A stretch of DNA of 64,000 nucleotides from the NCBI GenBank assembly GCA_013265495.1, contig MU057701.1, positions 248,001 to 312,000 of the forward strand, in the 5' to 3' direction. The notes beneath the pieces are model-generated. The model was not told where the DNA came from. It searched no databases and was given only the letters and a program-made list of their open reading frames with translations. This DNA is from Vicugna vicugna (Eukaryota). Shown one piece after another: positions 39,258 to 50,723 of this stretch. The position numbers and the translations under genes were made by a program. The first letter of the stretch is position 1, and every line of letters begins with the position of its first letter.

Positions 39258-39679
39258 GTAACGTACCCTTCTCTGTCCCCTATCCCTGCCTCCTGCCCTT
39301 CCCGTCCCTGGGGAAAAGTTGTCTGTGGGAAAGAGGGCAGGAGTCTCTGCGTCAGAACAGAGCTGGGCCCGGCCCTCCACACCCGGGGGAAGAGGATCTG
39401 AGTTGCATGAGGTGGTGCTGCTGGCCAGAGCCGGGTTGTAAAATGAGCACCTTTGTCTCCAGCTACTTCTGTCTTGCTGGGGCTCGGGGCTCTTCACTCA
39501 GAGCAGAGGTCTGGATGGGTGGGCAGGAGGCTCAAGAAAGAGACCATGGATCTACCAGACAAGGGCTTTGGGGCGTGCCTGGCTCCTCTCCCTGAAGATA
39601 GGCCTCGTGTCCTCAGGTGGCAGGGACCCCTGGGCCCGGGGAGGTGGGTCATTCTCTAGCCTCCAGGCTGGGGTGTAGA

Positions 39680-39852
39680 CAGGATCTGCTAGAGAATTTA
39701 CAGGGCCCTGTGCAGAATGAAAACGCAGTACTCCTTGGTATTACTATTAAGAATTTCCAGTCGGCAAGGGCAGAGCACCAAACCAAGGGGAGACTCCCTC
39801 CAGGGAGCCGGGCCTTGAGCCACAGCACCAGTCACATGTGAGGCAGGACCTG
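39680..39852 (-). mobile_element. MER45A-like (hAT-Tip100) element
   Basis: The reverse strand reads ...cttggtttggtgctctg...gaaattcttaata...gcgttttcattctgcacagggccctgtaaattctctagcagatcctg. Confidence 0.75.
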
Positions 39853-41221
39853 GCTGGAGATGAGCCACCTGACTTTGTCAGCACTGTGGGTCCTTCTGCA
39901 CATCCTCCCTTAGCTAGGACCCCTTCGGAATTAGAAAGCATTTCCTTCCACTATGATTTACATGCCTTCCTGGAATTCCTACCACGTGCGTGAACCACCC
40001 ATGGAGGGTGAGGTTCTTTGTCAAGAACACCTGGTATTAAGGTGACTGGTCTATTCTGCAAGCGTGGAGCCCTCCGCATTCATAGCAAATGGAGCATGTG
40101 CTGAGCCTTGAGTGGGAAATCAGAGGCTGGGCTCTGCTCCGGCCTTGCCCACAACCCGCTCTAAGTGACTCTGGGGGGTCGACAAAGCCCATCACAGCCT
40201 CTGCTTCTTCCTGTGAAATACAGTGCTTGGGCTCAGCAACATCAAGTCCCTTCCAGTGCTTACAAATGTCACTCCAAGGTGGCAGTGGACCAGGGTGAGT
40301 GTGGCATCCCATCTGGTTTTCAGAATTATTCCCTCTGTTATGAGACTGGGTGTTCCTTGACACTTGCCCTTTAAGGAAGCCATGGCTAAGTCCCCAAAGA
40401 TCTTGCAGCATGTAGGGGACAAAGTAGCCCAAACCCCATTCCTCCCATTTCTGTCCTTCCTCTTCCTTCCCTTCCTGCTGGCTCCAGGAAATGCCTGCCT
40501 TGCTCACACACTAGACGCTCAGAAGACTCGTAAATACCCAGCTGTCTTGGAAACACTGAGTCCCAGGCCTGGGGGGTTTAATAGGCATGGCCATGTGCTT
40601 GAAGGGTATCATATAGCCCAGACGCCCACGCCCCTCAGCCACGGCTGAGCACACCCATAAACAGACGCAGCATCCAGCCAACCCAGCTCTCCCCGGGGAC
40701 GGGGTGGGGCAGGGCTGGGCAGATTCTCCAGGTACCATGCATGGGAACACACTGTAATGGGCCTGCCCACCTGTCCTTGGCACCTGCCTTTTAAAGCCTG
40801 GTGATTTTTCAGAGCAGATGAGCAGGGAAGTGAGGTGAGTCTATACAAGGAGAGACAGACTGGTGGGAGGCGACTGGGCCAGCCACAGGGGATGAGCAGG
40901 CATGGCTTGGCCTTGAGCCTGAGCAGAGTCTATCTCTATGCCGTCTTATCCTGGTCCAGAGTGGATCCTACCTTCCATACCTGTGGCACTGCCTTACCCA
41001 CAACAAGCTTCCAAAGTGTGTTCCTGCCTTCTTCCCTCTCCTTTCTCTGCCAGTGGACACGTTTTTCCTGTCCCATCCAACTTTCCTGTGCTCTGTGAGA
41101 TCTCTCTTTTCTGGAAGGAAGAATGTATGTTCTCTTGTTTATTAACACCACCACCAACCACAAATACAAATATAGCACCGTCTGCCAGACATTGTTTTAA
41201 GTGCCTTATGAACATAACTTT

Positions 41222-43024
41222 AGATGACATCAAAAATAAAGAAGGACAGAGTAAGAACCTTCAAATATCCTCTTCTCCAAAAAAACCAATGAGCACAGTG
41301 GCCAAAATGGTCAGAATAAACTTTTTCAGAACTCTCAAGTTAACCAGGCTTGCAGCAATCCAGCAAGTGCTTATTCAAGAAAAATGGGTGAATCTAAGTA
41401 ACTACAGTGAGTTTCGTGGTACCCGAACTTGCCCTAATCCAATTCTCCCCTCCCCAGCTCCGTGATAGACTTGAAAACCAACAGCCTGCCATCACACTGA
41501 AACCCAGCAGCACGGTAGCCACCAGAGAGGACAGAACAGGACGGGATCTCTTTCAAAGCCTCATTCCCAGAGAACTATCATTATTTAATCTGTCTGGTGG
41601 TTCCCTGGAAGTCCCCACCTGCAAGACTGCCTTTATTCGACCTGACTCTGAGCTCATCCAGTGGAAGCAGTCTTTTTTCCCAAGAGGCATTTGTCAAAAA
41701 CAATTAGAAGCAATTGTTTAATACTGTGACTGCCTAAGGCAGTAGATAACAATTAGGGCAAACAACAGGCTAACCAAAAAAAGCTGGAGAATGGGAATGG
41801 GAGGCTTTGAAAAGCTTTAGCATACTTCTGGGAATTTAAGAGGCCATGTGCATCCACAGTGCTATATGTGTGCACAGGAAAGATCTGAGAAGGCCCAGAA
41901 CTTTTATCTCTGGCTTATCTTGAGCTGTGTGGTAAAAAAACAAAAACAAAAAAACTGAAGGCTTAGGCAGAAATATAGACTACTCAGCTGAGTGCTTAGC
42001 TCTTTACTTAGCACTTAGCACAGAGCCCCCCTCAGTAAAGACTGGGAGATGTATTGGTTCCAAGCATTTTAGGAAATCTAACTGCGCAGAGATCTCAGTG
42101 GCCACACATGATGAAGAATACAGACTTTACAAACTTAATTCAGAAATGTCACTCAACAGGCAACAATAACAAAGAGGCACAGAAACAAACCCTGGGGAAG
42201 AGTGGAAATCGGATTTCCAGAGTTTGTTGCATTATATTATTTTAAGTATCCAGTTTTAAATTTTAAATTGAAAAAGTTACAAGACATGCAAAGAATTTTT
42301 TAAAATGTGGCCCATATATGGGGTGGGGGAGGGTGCAGCCAACAGATCCTTAAGGAAGCCCAGATATCGAGCTTACTAGATAAGGACTTTGAATCAGCTA
42401 TTTTAGATACAAAGAACTGAAAGAAATCATGTCTAAAAAACTAAAATAAAGATTAGAATCACAGTTCAAAAAATGGAGAATATCAATAAAGAGATAGAAA
42501 TTATTTTTTAAAGACCTAATAGAAACTTCAGAGTCGTGAGGTACAATAACTGAAATGAAAAACTCACTAGGGGTCAGTAACAGATCCAAGCAGACAGGGG
42601 AAAGAATCAGTGAACTTGAAGATAGTTCAAGTCAGATTAGCTAATCTGAGGAACAGACAGGGAAAAAAGAATGAAGAAAAATAAACAGAGCCTCAGAGAC
42701 CTGTGGGACAGTATCAAATTTACCAACCTAGGCATAATGGCAGTCTCAGAAAAAGAGGAGTGAAAGAGAGAGAGAGAAGAAGAAAGGATATGTGAAAAAT
42801 AACGACTGAAAGTTCCTCAAATTTGATGAAAAACATTAATCCACAAATCCATGAAGCTTAATGGACTCCAAATGGGATAAATCCATACCTGGCACATCAT
42901 AATCAAACCACTGAAAGATAAAGACAGAGAATTTCATAAGTAGCAAGAAGTGACTCATTACATACAAGGAATTCTTAATAAGATTAAATAGTTTATCTTT
43001 CCACGGAGGCCAGAAGGCAGTGGG

Positions 43025-43028
<4 letters not shown>
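41222..43028 (+). mobile_element. Old L1M 5' UTR plus ORF1 relic
   Basis: ORF1-type motifs gaaagaatcagtgaacttgaagatag, aacagagcctcagagacctgtgggaca, cacatcataatcaaac and ggaggccagaaggcagtgggat; many stops. Confidence 0.8.
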
Positions 43029-43029
<1 letters not shown>

Positions 43030-43061
<32 letters not shown>

Positions 43062-43098
43062 ATATATATATGACTATATATATATATAGTCATATATA
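43030..43098. repeat. (TA)n microsatellite with GTC/GAC interruptions
   Basis: (TA)14 followed by gtcatatatatatgac(ta)7gtcatatata. Confidence 0.95.
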
Positions 43099-43240
43099 AT
43101 CCTCACAAAATCCTCTAGGAGCTCCATACTATTATCATCATCCAATCTTGCAGATAAAGAAAACGAGGCACAGAAAAGTTAAGTCATTTGACCAAGGTCA
43201 CACAATGGCCACGGCAGAACAGCCAGGACTCGCACCCCTA
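43098..43240 (-). mobile_element. MIR, second part of a copy split by the L1 relic
   Basis: aatcctcacaa...gcagataaagaaaacgaggcacagaaaagttaagtcatttgaccaaggtcacac; the other part is near 41160-41220. Confidence 0.75.
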
Positions 43241-43439
43241 AAATTCACCTTAGTTGCTACATTATGCTACTTTACAACAACCCCATGAGGAGGCTCTGAT
43301 TCTACAGGAGATTCTCCTTCTCCATGAGGGAAAACTGAGGCTCAGAGTGGCCTTCCGAAGGCCAGCCATCTAACAAGTAGAAGTTCAACACCCACATTTC
43401 AAATCCAGAGCCTCTTTCCTCTCCGGTCCCTTCCCATAA

Positions 43440-44545
43440 CCCTCCGCTGTACATACAAACACCACTCCCAGAAGCTGCTGAGCCAGGCAAACACATCAGA
43501 GACCAGCTTTTGACATGACATGGTTTAGAGCTGTTGCAATAGCTGGTGCAGTAGAGGAGAGCTTTCAAGGTCTCATTCAGCCATGGAATGCTGGAGGCTC
43601 TGAGAACACCAACTGTCTGATTTGGTTCTTTTTACCGACCAAGAGTCCCAGAAGGGCTGCCACGCACAGCATCTACATCTGAGGTCAACTTCAATGTCTC
43701 CAGAATGAGAGCAGGGGATTCCCCAGCTGTCAGAAGTAGCTGTCTTTCTGAAGGTCGAAGTGAATTCCCAGAAAGGTCATCTCTTGCCCTTGGTCCAGGT
43801 GGAACGTCGTTTCTTTCAGGCTCTGCCTCTTTAGCGCAAGGCAGCAGCCTGCCCCAGTGCCCAGTTTCCCTAGTGGCCCATCTTCTCTTCCAGTGCTCGG
43901 AGCAGGGACTGGGGCCATGTGAAAGAACATGATGCTAGTGACCCAAGAATTTCAGATGCCCCTTTTCCCATCCAGAGGAGTCCGTGCCGGAGACTCCAGC
44001 CATAACTAGGCTTGTCCCCCGTACAACAGCAATGCTCTGAAGCTCTGGGGTCAGGTCCCGAGGATTTCTCCAGCCCATTTTATAAAAGTCTTCACTCAGA
44101 GGGGTGGGGGTGGACAGCACAGAGAAACCACTATCAGGAACATCAAGAACTTCTTCTACAAAAAAACGGGTGAAGACAACCCTGGCATCGATGCAAGTAA
44201 CAAGTGGGTGGAACATTTCTTCCAACTCTTACAGCACTTGTTCTCTGGGTTTTGTGCAAATCAACAAGGCATTTTAAAATATATCAAAGTCTGCATCCAC
44301 CAGCATTGAATACAGTGATACATTCTCAGTGATAACCCAGAGGCATCCCTTAATCATACAAGCTGTTCCAACTATCAGAGAAAGATCTATATTAACTCAA
44401 GTTCAGCTTGGAGTTAAATGTGCCTTCTGTTCTAGTTCTTTGAAACTGGCACAGATATGGTTCTGCGTAGATAGTCCCTCTCTTAGAGTATTTGGTTAGC
44501 CTGAATGCTCCAACCCCAGTCAAGCCCCATAACTGAGTTCACCAT
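43440..44545 (-). pseudogene. Candidate decayed coding sequence of unknown origin
   Basis: One minus-strand frame joins ORF-track entries 43935..44225 and 43302..43568, with only 4 stops in about 320 codons (44396-43440) and a protein-like translation. Parent not recognised. Confidence 0.4.
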
Positions 44546-47102
44546 ATTTTTTTTAAAGAATAACCAACTTAAAGTTTTTAGACCACTGAGTCTTGGTAGG
44601 ACATTTCTGAAATACAGGGGAAAAAAAGAAATACAAATATTAAAATTACTGTGAGTCATTTGCAGAGACAAAGGAGGCTGGGGAACCTCAGAGTTCCTAA
44701 TTATGGTCCCAGATCATCATTCACCCTGGCTTGGGTATCTCTGCTGACTTGGTCCATAGCTCTTGCTTCCTCTATGCAGTAAGGGGCTGGAGATCAGCAA
44801 GGCAAAGCTGCAAGTCCTGAGCTTTGTGCAAGTAGGATGGAGGCCAGGCAGGGGGAGCATGGAGGGGCATCAGAGAGGCAGAGAGGGGCATCAGAATCAT
44901 CTGCACAGTCTGCACAGAACCGTCACCTGCCCTCCCCTCCAAGCCCCCTACCCATGACTAAGTGACTGAGTGGCCCATACAGGGCCCATCTCAAGTGTCC
45001 TCCCTTTTCAAGCTGCCCCTGATGCTCAGTTTGCCCAGACAAAGGGGCAGGGCCCCGGGATCTGCCCCTCTCCACAGGACCCTGGGCAATTCTTGAGTGA
45101 CACTGGCAGATGCCCGAACTGATTTATCCTGAATGAGCATTCTGTGGGTACTGGCCATGTCTGACAGCCCACGCTGAGGCCATCAGGGACCACAAAGGGG
45201 CGTGTAGTGTCCAGTGGGCAGCCACAGAGTGGACGTTTCTCCTGGTCCAGTGCAGAAGACAGTGGCCTTCCTCATGTGCTAAGTCCAAGAGAGGGGACGA
45301 GGTCGGTCCATCCATCCTCAGTTCAGCACGTCAAAGAAAAGCTGAGACTTCCAGATGCCCTGAGTGGGAGCCCCACCTACTGGGCTCCCTCCACCCCAGC
45401 CCCCATGTGTGAAAGCATTTAATAGGGAAGGGGAGGGAGGGGAGCCACCGAGGGGAAAAATCCCTCCAGAATCTGCAGACTGGCTTCTGCAGGCATGCAG
45501 CCTCCCGCTGTGGCCTGAGCTAAGGCAGTTTTCATGCCAGGACCCAGCGGCAGCGGCCTGTCCAGAATGGAGCCGGGTGGGGGCTGACAACCCAGACGCT
45601 ACCTGTGCTGGACGCGCCTCAGCCACGCAGAACTGCCAGGCGGCTGGGCCTTGCCCAGGCCCTGGGCCGGCCTTCATCTCCAGGCCCTCTGCTCCAGAGG
45701 CTTTTAACTCAACGGTTTGCAAGCAGTCAGGAGGCAGCTGACCGTGAAATACACTTGAATTCAGTCAATTCTTTTCAGAAGGTTTTCACTGACAACCGAA
45801 ATTGGCCCTTAAAGAATGAGACAGAAATCGTTCCTTTGTCCAGAGGGAGACACTTGGAGACCTGCGACGTCGCACAGGCCATTTTGAAGCAGGGATTTAA
45901 GAGAATCTATAGTTAATAATCTAACAAATATAAGAGGGTTGCATTATGCTTTAAAATAGCACCAGAAGCTGCGAGGGAGAAGCAGCAGCAAGTCTGACAT
46001 CACCAGCGGCAGTCAGGCACCCCAGGTACCTTGGTTCAAAAGGAAAGTGATTTAAATATAGAAGCTCAAAGAGAGGGCTGTTTACCTCATGGAACATTTC
46101 CTGCCGCCAAACCAGGCTCCGTCTACTGGGGTCATTTTCCTTCTCCACTGGGGGAGCGACAGGAACCCTGACACTGGGCGAGGGTGAGAGAGTGGGAGGC
46201 CACGGGCTTAAGTGGCAAGAAGGTGATACGGGTCAGATAGAAGGAAGCCGGCTCCTCAGTGAAAGCTCTGACTTTAGCAGCCCCTCGGGTGTGTTTTCAA
46301 AAGAAACGAGGCATCACTCACCTGGGGACAACTTAAATGTAGGCTGAAGGTGAAGAAATGAATGCACAAACTAGGTGCCCTCTAAACTAGGAGTGGAGAT
46401 GTCCTACTGAGGTTCAAGGAGCCACCGGAAAGAGAGAATTCAATGAAGGGCCTCACACAAATAAAAAGCAACCTAATTTAGTTTTTTCTTAAGAAAGCAA
46501 AATAGCATCCAATAACCCATTCATCTACTTTCTAAATCAGGAGTAAAGAACATTAAACTGTATTTAATAAGCAGTAAGACTATCCTTTGATTTTTATAGT
46601 ATGCCTGATTACAAAAGAGATTAAAGGAGGAAAAAACAGAAGAGAAATTATATTGAAAATCAGTGTGAATTTTTTTGTTCTGAGTCCTTCCCTCTGCCCC
46701 ACCTCCCCATCAAATCCAGACTTTTGGTCCTAGTGCCACGCAGATCAACTATGGCTTTTCTGACACTAGTCAGGTGGGCCAAGCAGCTCACCTGGGGAGG
46801 TCTTAGCTGGGCTGCACGTGTGGACACAGGTGTCGAGGGCCTAATGAAATGATTTGATGGACACATTTGGCCCTTGATTAAAAGTTCTCTACCATGCACC
46901 CAAGTCCATCTAGATGGTCCGCCTAGAAAAGCCCACTTTGGGGCATTTTAAGGGGGCCTGGAGCCAGGCTGCTCAACCTGGCAGAGCATCAGAATCTCCT
47001 GGAAAGTTTTTGAAAAGCACTGTTCGCTTTCCAGGTCACACCCAGGGCCTCAGGGTGGGTCTGGATGCTGATAAGAAACTCAGCTCTCGATTGGATGGAA
47101 TC

Positions 47103-47300
47103 CACAGTTTCTCTGCCTCAGCACTACTGATAATTCTATGTTGTAGGGGCTGTCCTGTGCACTGTAGGATCTCCAGCAGCCTCCTGGGGCCCCACTCCCT
47201 AGATGCCTGCAGCATCCTGCACAGATGTGACACCAAAAATGTCTCCAGACATTGCCCAGGGCACCTTGGGGGCAGAATCAGCTCCAGCTGAGAATCACTG
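47103..47300 (-). mobile_element. MER20 DNA transposon relic
   Basis: ggggctgtcctgtgcactgtaggat...ctagatgcc...gtgacaccaaaaatgtctccagacattgcc...gagaatcactg. Confidence 0.85.
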
Positions 47301-47640
47301 TTTGGCCCTTGGTTGACCACATGTCCTGCACCCGCTAAAATACAACTTGAGCTCTGGGCCTCAGTTCCCCTATCTGCCTAATGGGCTCAGTACCCACAGT
47401 GGACTCAAAGCCTCAGCTCCTGGCCTCTTACACAACCCCCTTTCCTACTGAAATTTTGGTGTAAGGGTTAGAGAAAGACATTTGTTTCAGCCCAGAGTCA
47501 GGGTTTGGGGAGCCGAGAACCAACCAGAAGCACCGTTCATGCTCGCTCCAGGGGGATCACACCCACCTTCTCTTGGCCAAGCTCCTGCCCCAGCTGCAGG
47601 CCCTTTCTCTCAATTCATAGGCTGTCTCCCTCCTTTGCAG

Positions 47641-47715
47641 AGAAAAACTGTTCCTACTTCAGGCATTTCAACCCAGGCGAGAGCTCGGAGATCTTTGAAG
47701 TCACCACTCAGAAAG
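47641..47715 (+). CDS. CACNG1: CACNG1 coding exon 2, 75 nt
   Basis: tcctttgcag acceptor and GTGAG donor at 47716. Translates (E)KNCSYFRHFNPGESSEIFEVTTQK(E). Confidence 0.97.
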
Positions 47716-48282
47716 GTGAGCCCGTGGTGGAGAGCAGGGAGGGGGAGGAAAAGTGGCTTCCGTCACACGCTGCTGAGCCAGAAAATCATCTAGCACAAAA
47801 GCCCCAACGTCCTGGCTCTCAGTGACAAGCGGCCCCTCCTGATGCAGAGCCCCGTCACCCTCTGTGCTCTGGAGTCGGCGGCACCCCATCTCCAGGCATC
47901 CCAGCAACCATACATCAGAGCTTGGGCGAGTCTGTAAAAGAGAGGTTTCCTGGTAGGCTCCCAAATGGCAGGAAGCATACATTCTCCCACGGAGCCGAAG
48001 GGAAGCTGCCGTAACAGGAGCTCTGAAACTGCAACAAGGATGCAAGGTCCCTGTGATGGTTTTCAAGGCTGGTGGGTCAGAGTCAGTGGGGCATCTGAAT
48101 CCCTCCCGCACCTATAAATCACTCCCTGAGAACCAGAGGCAGGGACTTGGGCAGATGTGTGAAGGACCACAGGAGGACACGTGCCCTGGGAGCCTCCTGG
48201 GAACCATGGGATTTGGGTGCATCCCCTTGGCCTGAGTACAGCCCGACATCTGCATATGTACAGATGACTGCACATGGCATGG

Positions 48283-48393
48283 GCGTGCACACACGCACAC
48301 GCACACACACGCACACGCACACACACGCACACATACACGCATGCACAAACACACATACACACATACACACACACACAAACACACATGCACATA
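48283..48393. repeat. (CA)n/(CACG)n alternating purine-pyrimidine tract
   Basis: About 110 nt of cacacgcacacgcacacacac... in CACNG1 intron 2. Confidence 0.95.
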
Positions 48394-48866
48394 TTCTGAA
48401 ACACATAGATTCTCTCCCGCACCCAGATCCGTAATAAGCCACCCTCTGCCATCCTCCCAGAGGCTGCTTACCAGTCCAGGGACAGCCCACCCCCAACCTG
48501 AGTGCTGCCTTCTTCCCAGTCACTTGGAGGAAGGCTTTTGTTCCAGAAAGGTCTCCAGCCACAAATCTCCCACCTCCTTCCAAGGCCTCTGCCCCTGGAG
48601 GGAGGAACTTCAGTTTAGTGCCTAGAAGACCTGGGGGAAGGAATGAGGTCCTGCGAACGTCCTGGCCCCACCCCTTATCCACTATGTGACTTTGAGGGAG
48701 TGATTTCATCTCTTGGACCTCAGTGTTCTCATCCAAGAAGTGGGAAGATAGAATGTGGTACAGTCACTAACCTGGTTGCGGGCACAGCCAGCAGTGACAA
48801 AAGGTCCAAGGGATGAGCCCCTTCTGAGGCTCCTGGGGGCCATCTCTGCCCTTTCGTGTGTCGCAG

Positions 48867-49004
48867 AGTACAGCATCTCGGCAGCCGCCATCGCCATCTT
48901 CAGCCTCGGCTTCGTCATCATGGGAACCATCTGTGTGCTCCTGTCCTTCAGGAAGAAGCGGGATTACCTGCTGAGGCCTGCATCCATGTTCTATGCCTTT
49001 GCAG
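48867..49004 (+). CDS. CACNG1: CACNG1 coding exon 3, 138 nt
   Basis: AG at 48865-48866 and GTACG donor at 49005 (phase 1). Translates (E)YSISAAAIAIFSLGFVIMGTICVLLSFRKKRDYLLRPASMFYAFA(G). Confidence 0.97.
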
Positions 49005-49415
49005 GTACGATGGGGCCCCTGTCCCTATGCCTGGGGTCCCGGGGGATGCTTCGACCCCATTCCCACATCGCCTGGGATTTGGGTTTGGAAATTCCTAGGC
49101 TCCAGCCAGGGGCAAACCTGATCAGGGCTTCAGCCACTGGCCACGTGCCAGGAGTAAGGGCAGATCTTGGCAGTTTGTCCATTTCTTACTAAGACAATCC
49201 TCAAGGCAGTGAGGATGCTAATTAATAACAAAAATTAAAATTAATTTTTAAAATAGTACTAACAAATGAAGGAATGAAAGGCGGTTAAAGGCAAAGGGGT
49301 CACTTTGGCAGATTCTCAACTGGAACTTCAATCTCAGGGCCATTCTCCCCACCCAGAGGCTGGGTCTTGACCTTGACCCGGTGCGGAAGCCCCAGCAGAT
49401 GCAGTGCTGGCTTCA

Positions 49416-49635
49416 CATCTTCGTCTCAGTGGAGGTCATGCGTCAGTCGGTGAAGCGCATGATCGACAGCGAGGACACTGTCTGGATCGAGTACTCTTAC
49501 TCCTGGTCCTTCGCCTGTGCCTGCGCCGCCTTCGTCCTCCTCTTCCTCGGCGGCCTCGCCCTCCTGCTCTTCTCCCTGCCGCGAATGCCCCAGAACCCCT
49601 GGGAGTCCTGCATGGATGCCGAGCCCGAGCACTAG
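49416..49635 (+). CDS. CACNG1: CACNG1 terminal coding exon 4; 5' boundary abnormal (canonical acceptor and first 7 nt missing)
   Basis: Translates IFVSVEVMRQSVKRMIDSEDTVWIEYSYSWSFACACAAFVLLFLGGLALLLFSLPRMPQNPWESCMDAEPEH* with TAG at 49633-49635. The expected G-L-C codons and preceding AG are absent; the only in-frame AG is 49428-49429. Confidence 0.92.
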
Positions 49636-50157
49636 CCCCCCAGGGGACCCAGAGACCCTCGAGGCTTTCCCCTCAGGATGCTGAGCCCAGCCCGGAACAT
49701 TCTAGAAAGGAGGTGGGAGCTTTACTTCTCCCCTGTTCCCACCTGCCCCTCTGTGACAACCGCAGCTGCTTCCCTTCTCTGAACTCCTCTCTGGGCTGGG
49801 ACAGGCTCCTCTGTGAATCCAGCAGGTGGACATGAGCCAGACCTGACCAAGGTGGGAGGGAGGCAGGGCCAGGGGGTACACAGGTGTTTTGAGAATCCTG
49901 ACCTTCCACTGGAGTGCCAGGTTGTCCCCACCGGGCCAGTTGTCCTTGATAAGCCAGCTCCGATTGTCCTCTGTAGCCTTAGAGGCATGCCCTGTGCATA
50001 TGTACCAGTCCTGGGTGTCTGCCTGTGTAAATAGCCAGCCCCTCTCTCCTTCTCAGTGACAAGATGCACCCTTCCCGGTGACCTGAATGTCCGCTCTTTG
50101 GCTTCTGGGAGACTTGAGAAGTATTTTTTAACTAGGTGGAATCTTACTGTGGTTTGA

Positions 50158-50163
50158 AATAAA
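50158..50163 (+). terminator. CACNG1 polyadenylation signal
   Basis: AATAAA about 520 nt after the stop codon, followed by U-rich ttgctttttcctt. Confidence 0.8.
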
Positions 50164-50723
50164 AACTGTTTGAAAACTTGCTTTTTCCTTGGCCTTGCAG
50201 AGGACCACAGCCCAGGGGCCCTATGACCCGGCAGGAGAAAGGAAGGCAGGTCCCCCAGAGTGTGTTGAGGACTTTAGTGTGGATGAGGGGAGATGGAGGG
50301 TCTGGTTTACGAATGAGACCTAGAGTTTCCGAATTCCCATTTGTATCTCTGGGACCTGGGATGGTCTTTGGGAAAAACCAGAGGCCATCTGACTAGGCAA
50401 GGGTGTTAAAAATAAGGAAGGGTTATTTCTGGAGCCGTCGGCATGCTAGGCATCTGAACGCTAACACAGCACTCCGGCCGAGCAGCTACAAGTGATTTTG
50501 GACGCTGCACTTCTGTTCTGAAGAACATCAGGAAGTGAGGCTTAGCAGCTAGACACGCAGGGCCACCCGCAGTATCCCAGTTCACATTTCTTCTGCCTTC
50601 AAAACCGCACTGTCCTCAGCCAGCCCTCAGAGATGGAAAGTCAGACATAGTCGGGGGAGGGGACCTGGTGCTCCTTGCCCTGAACGTGCACCAGAGGCCC
50701 TTGTGGGGTTTGTTCTTGCAGAG

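Noticed and set aside
39014..39595. 193-aa ORF as a single-exon product
   Set aside because: It is exon 1 reading through the donor at 39258 into intron 1, with a GTG start upstream of the real ATG.
43935..44290. Firm call as an endogenous bornavirus-like nucleoprotein element
   Set aside because: Short motif matches need several gaps, the most conserved N motifs are absent, and no poly(A) tail or TSD is seen; kept only as a hypothesis.
48063..48736. Cys/Val- and His/Thr-rich ORFs
   Set aside because: Direct translation of the (CA)n microsatellite.
49381..49415. MRKPQQMQCWLH as the true start of CACNG1 exon 4
   Set aside because: No similarity to gamma-1, and every AG here is phase 0 relative to this frame, so it cannot join the phase-1 exon 3 donor.
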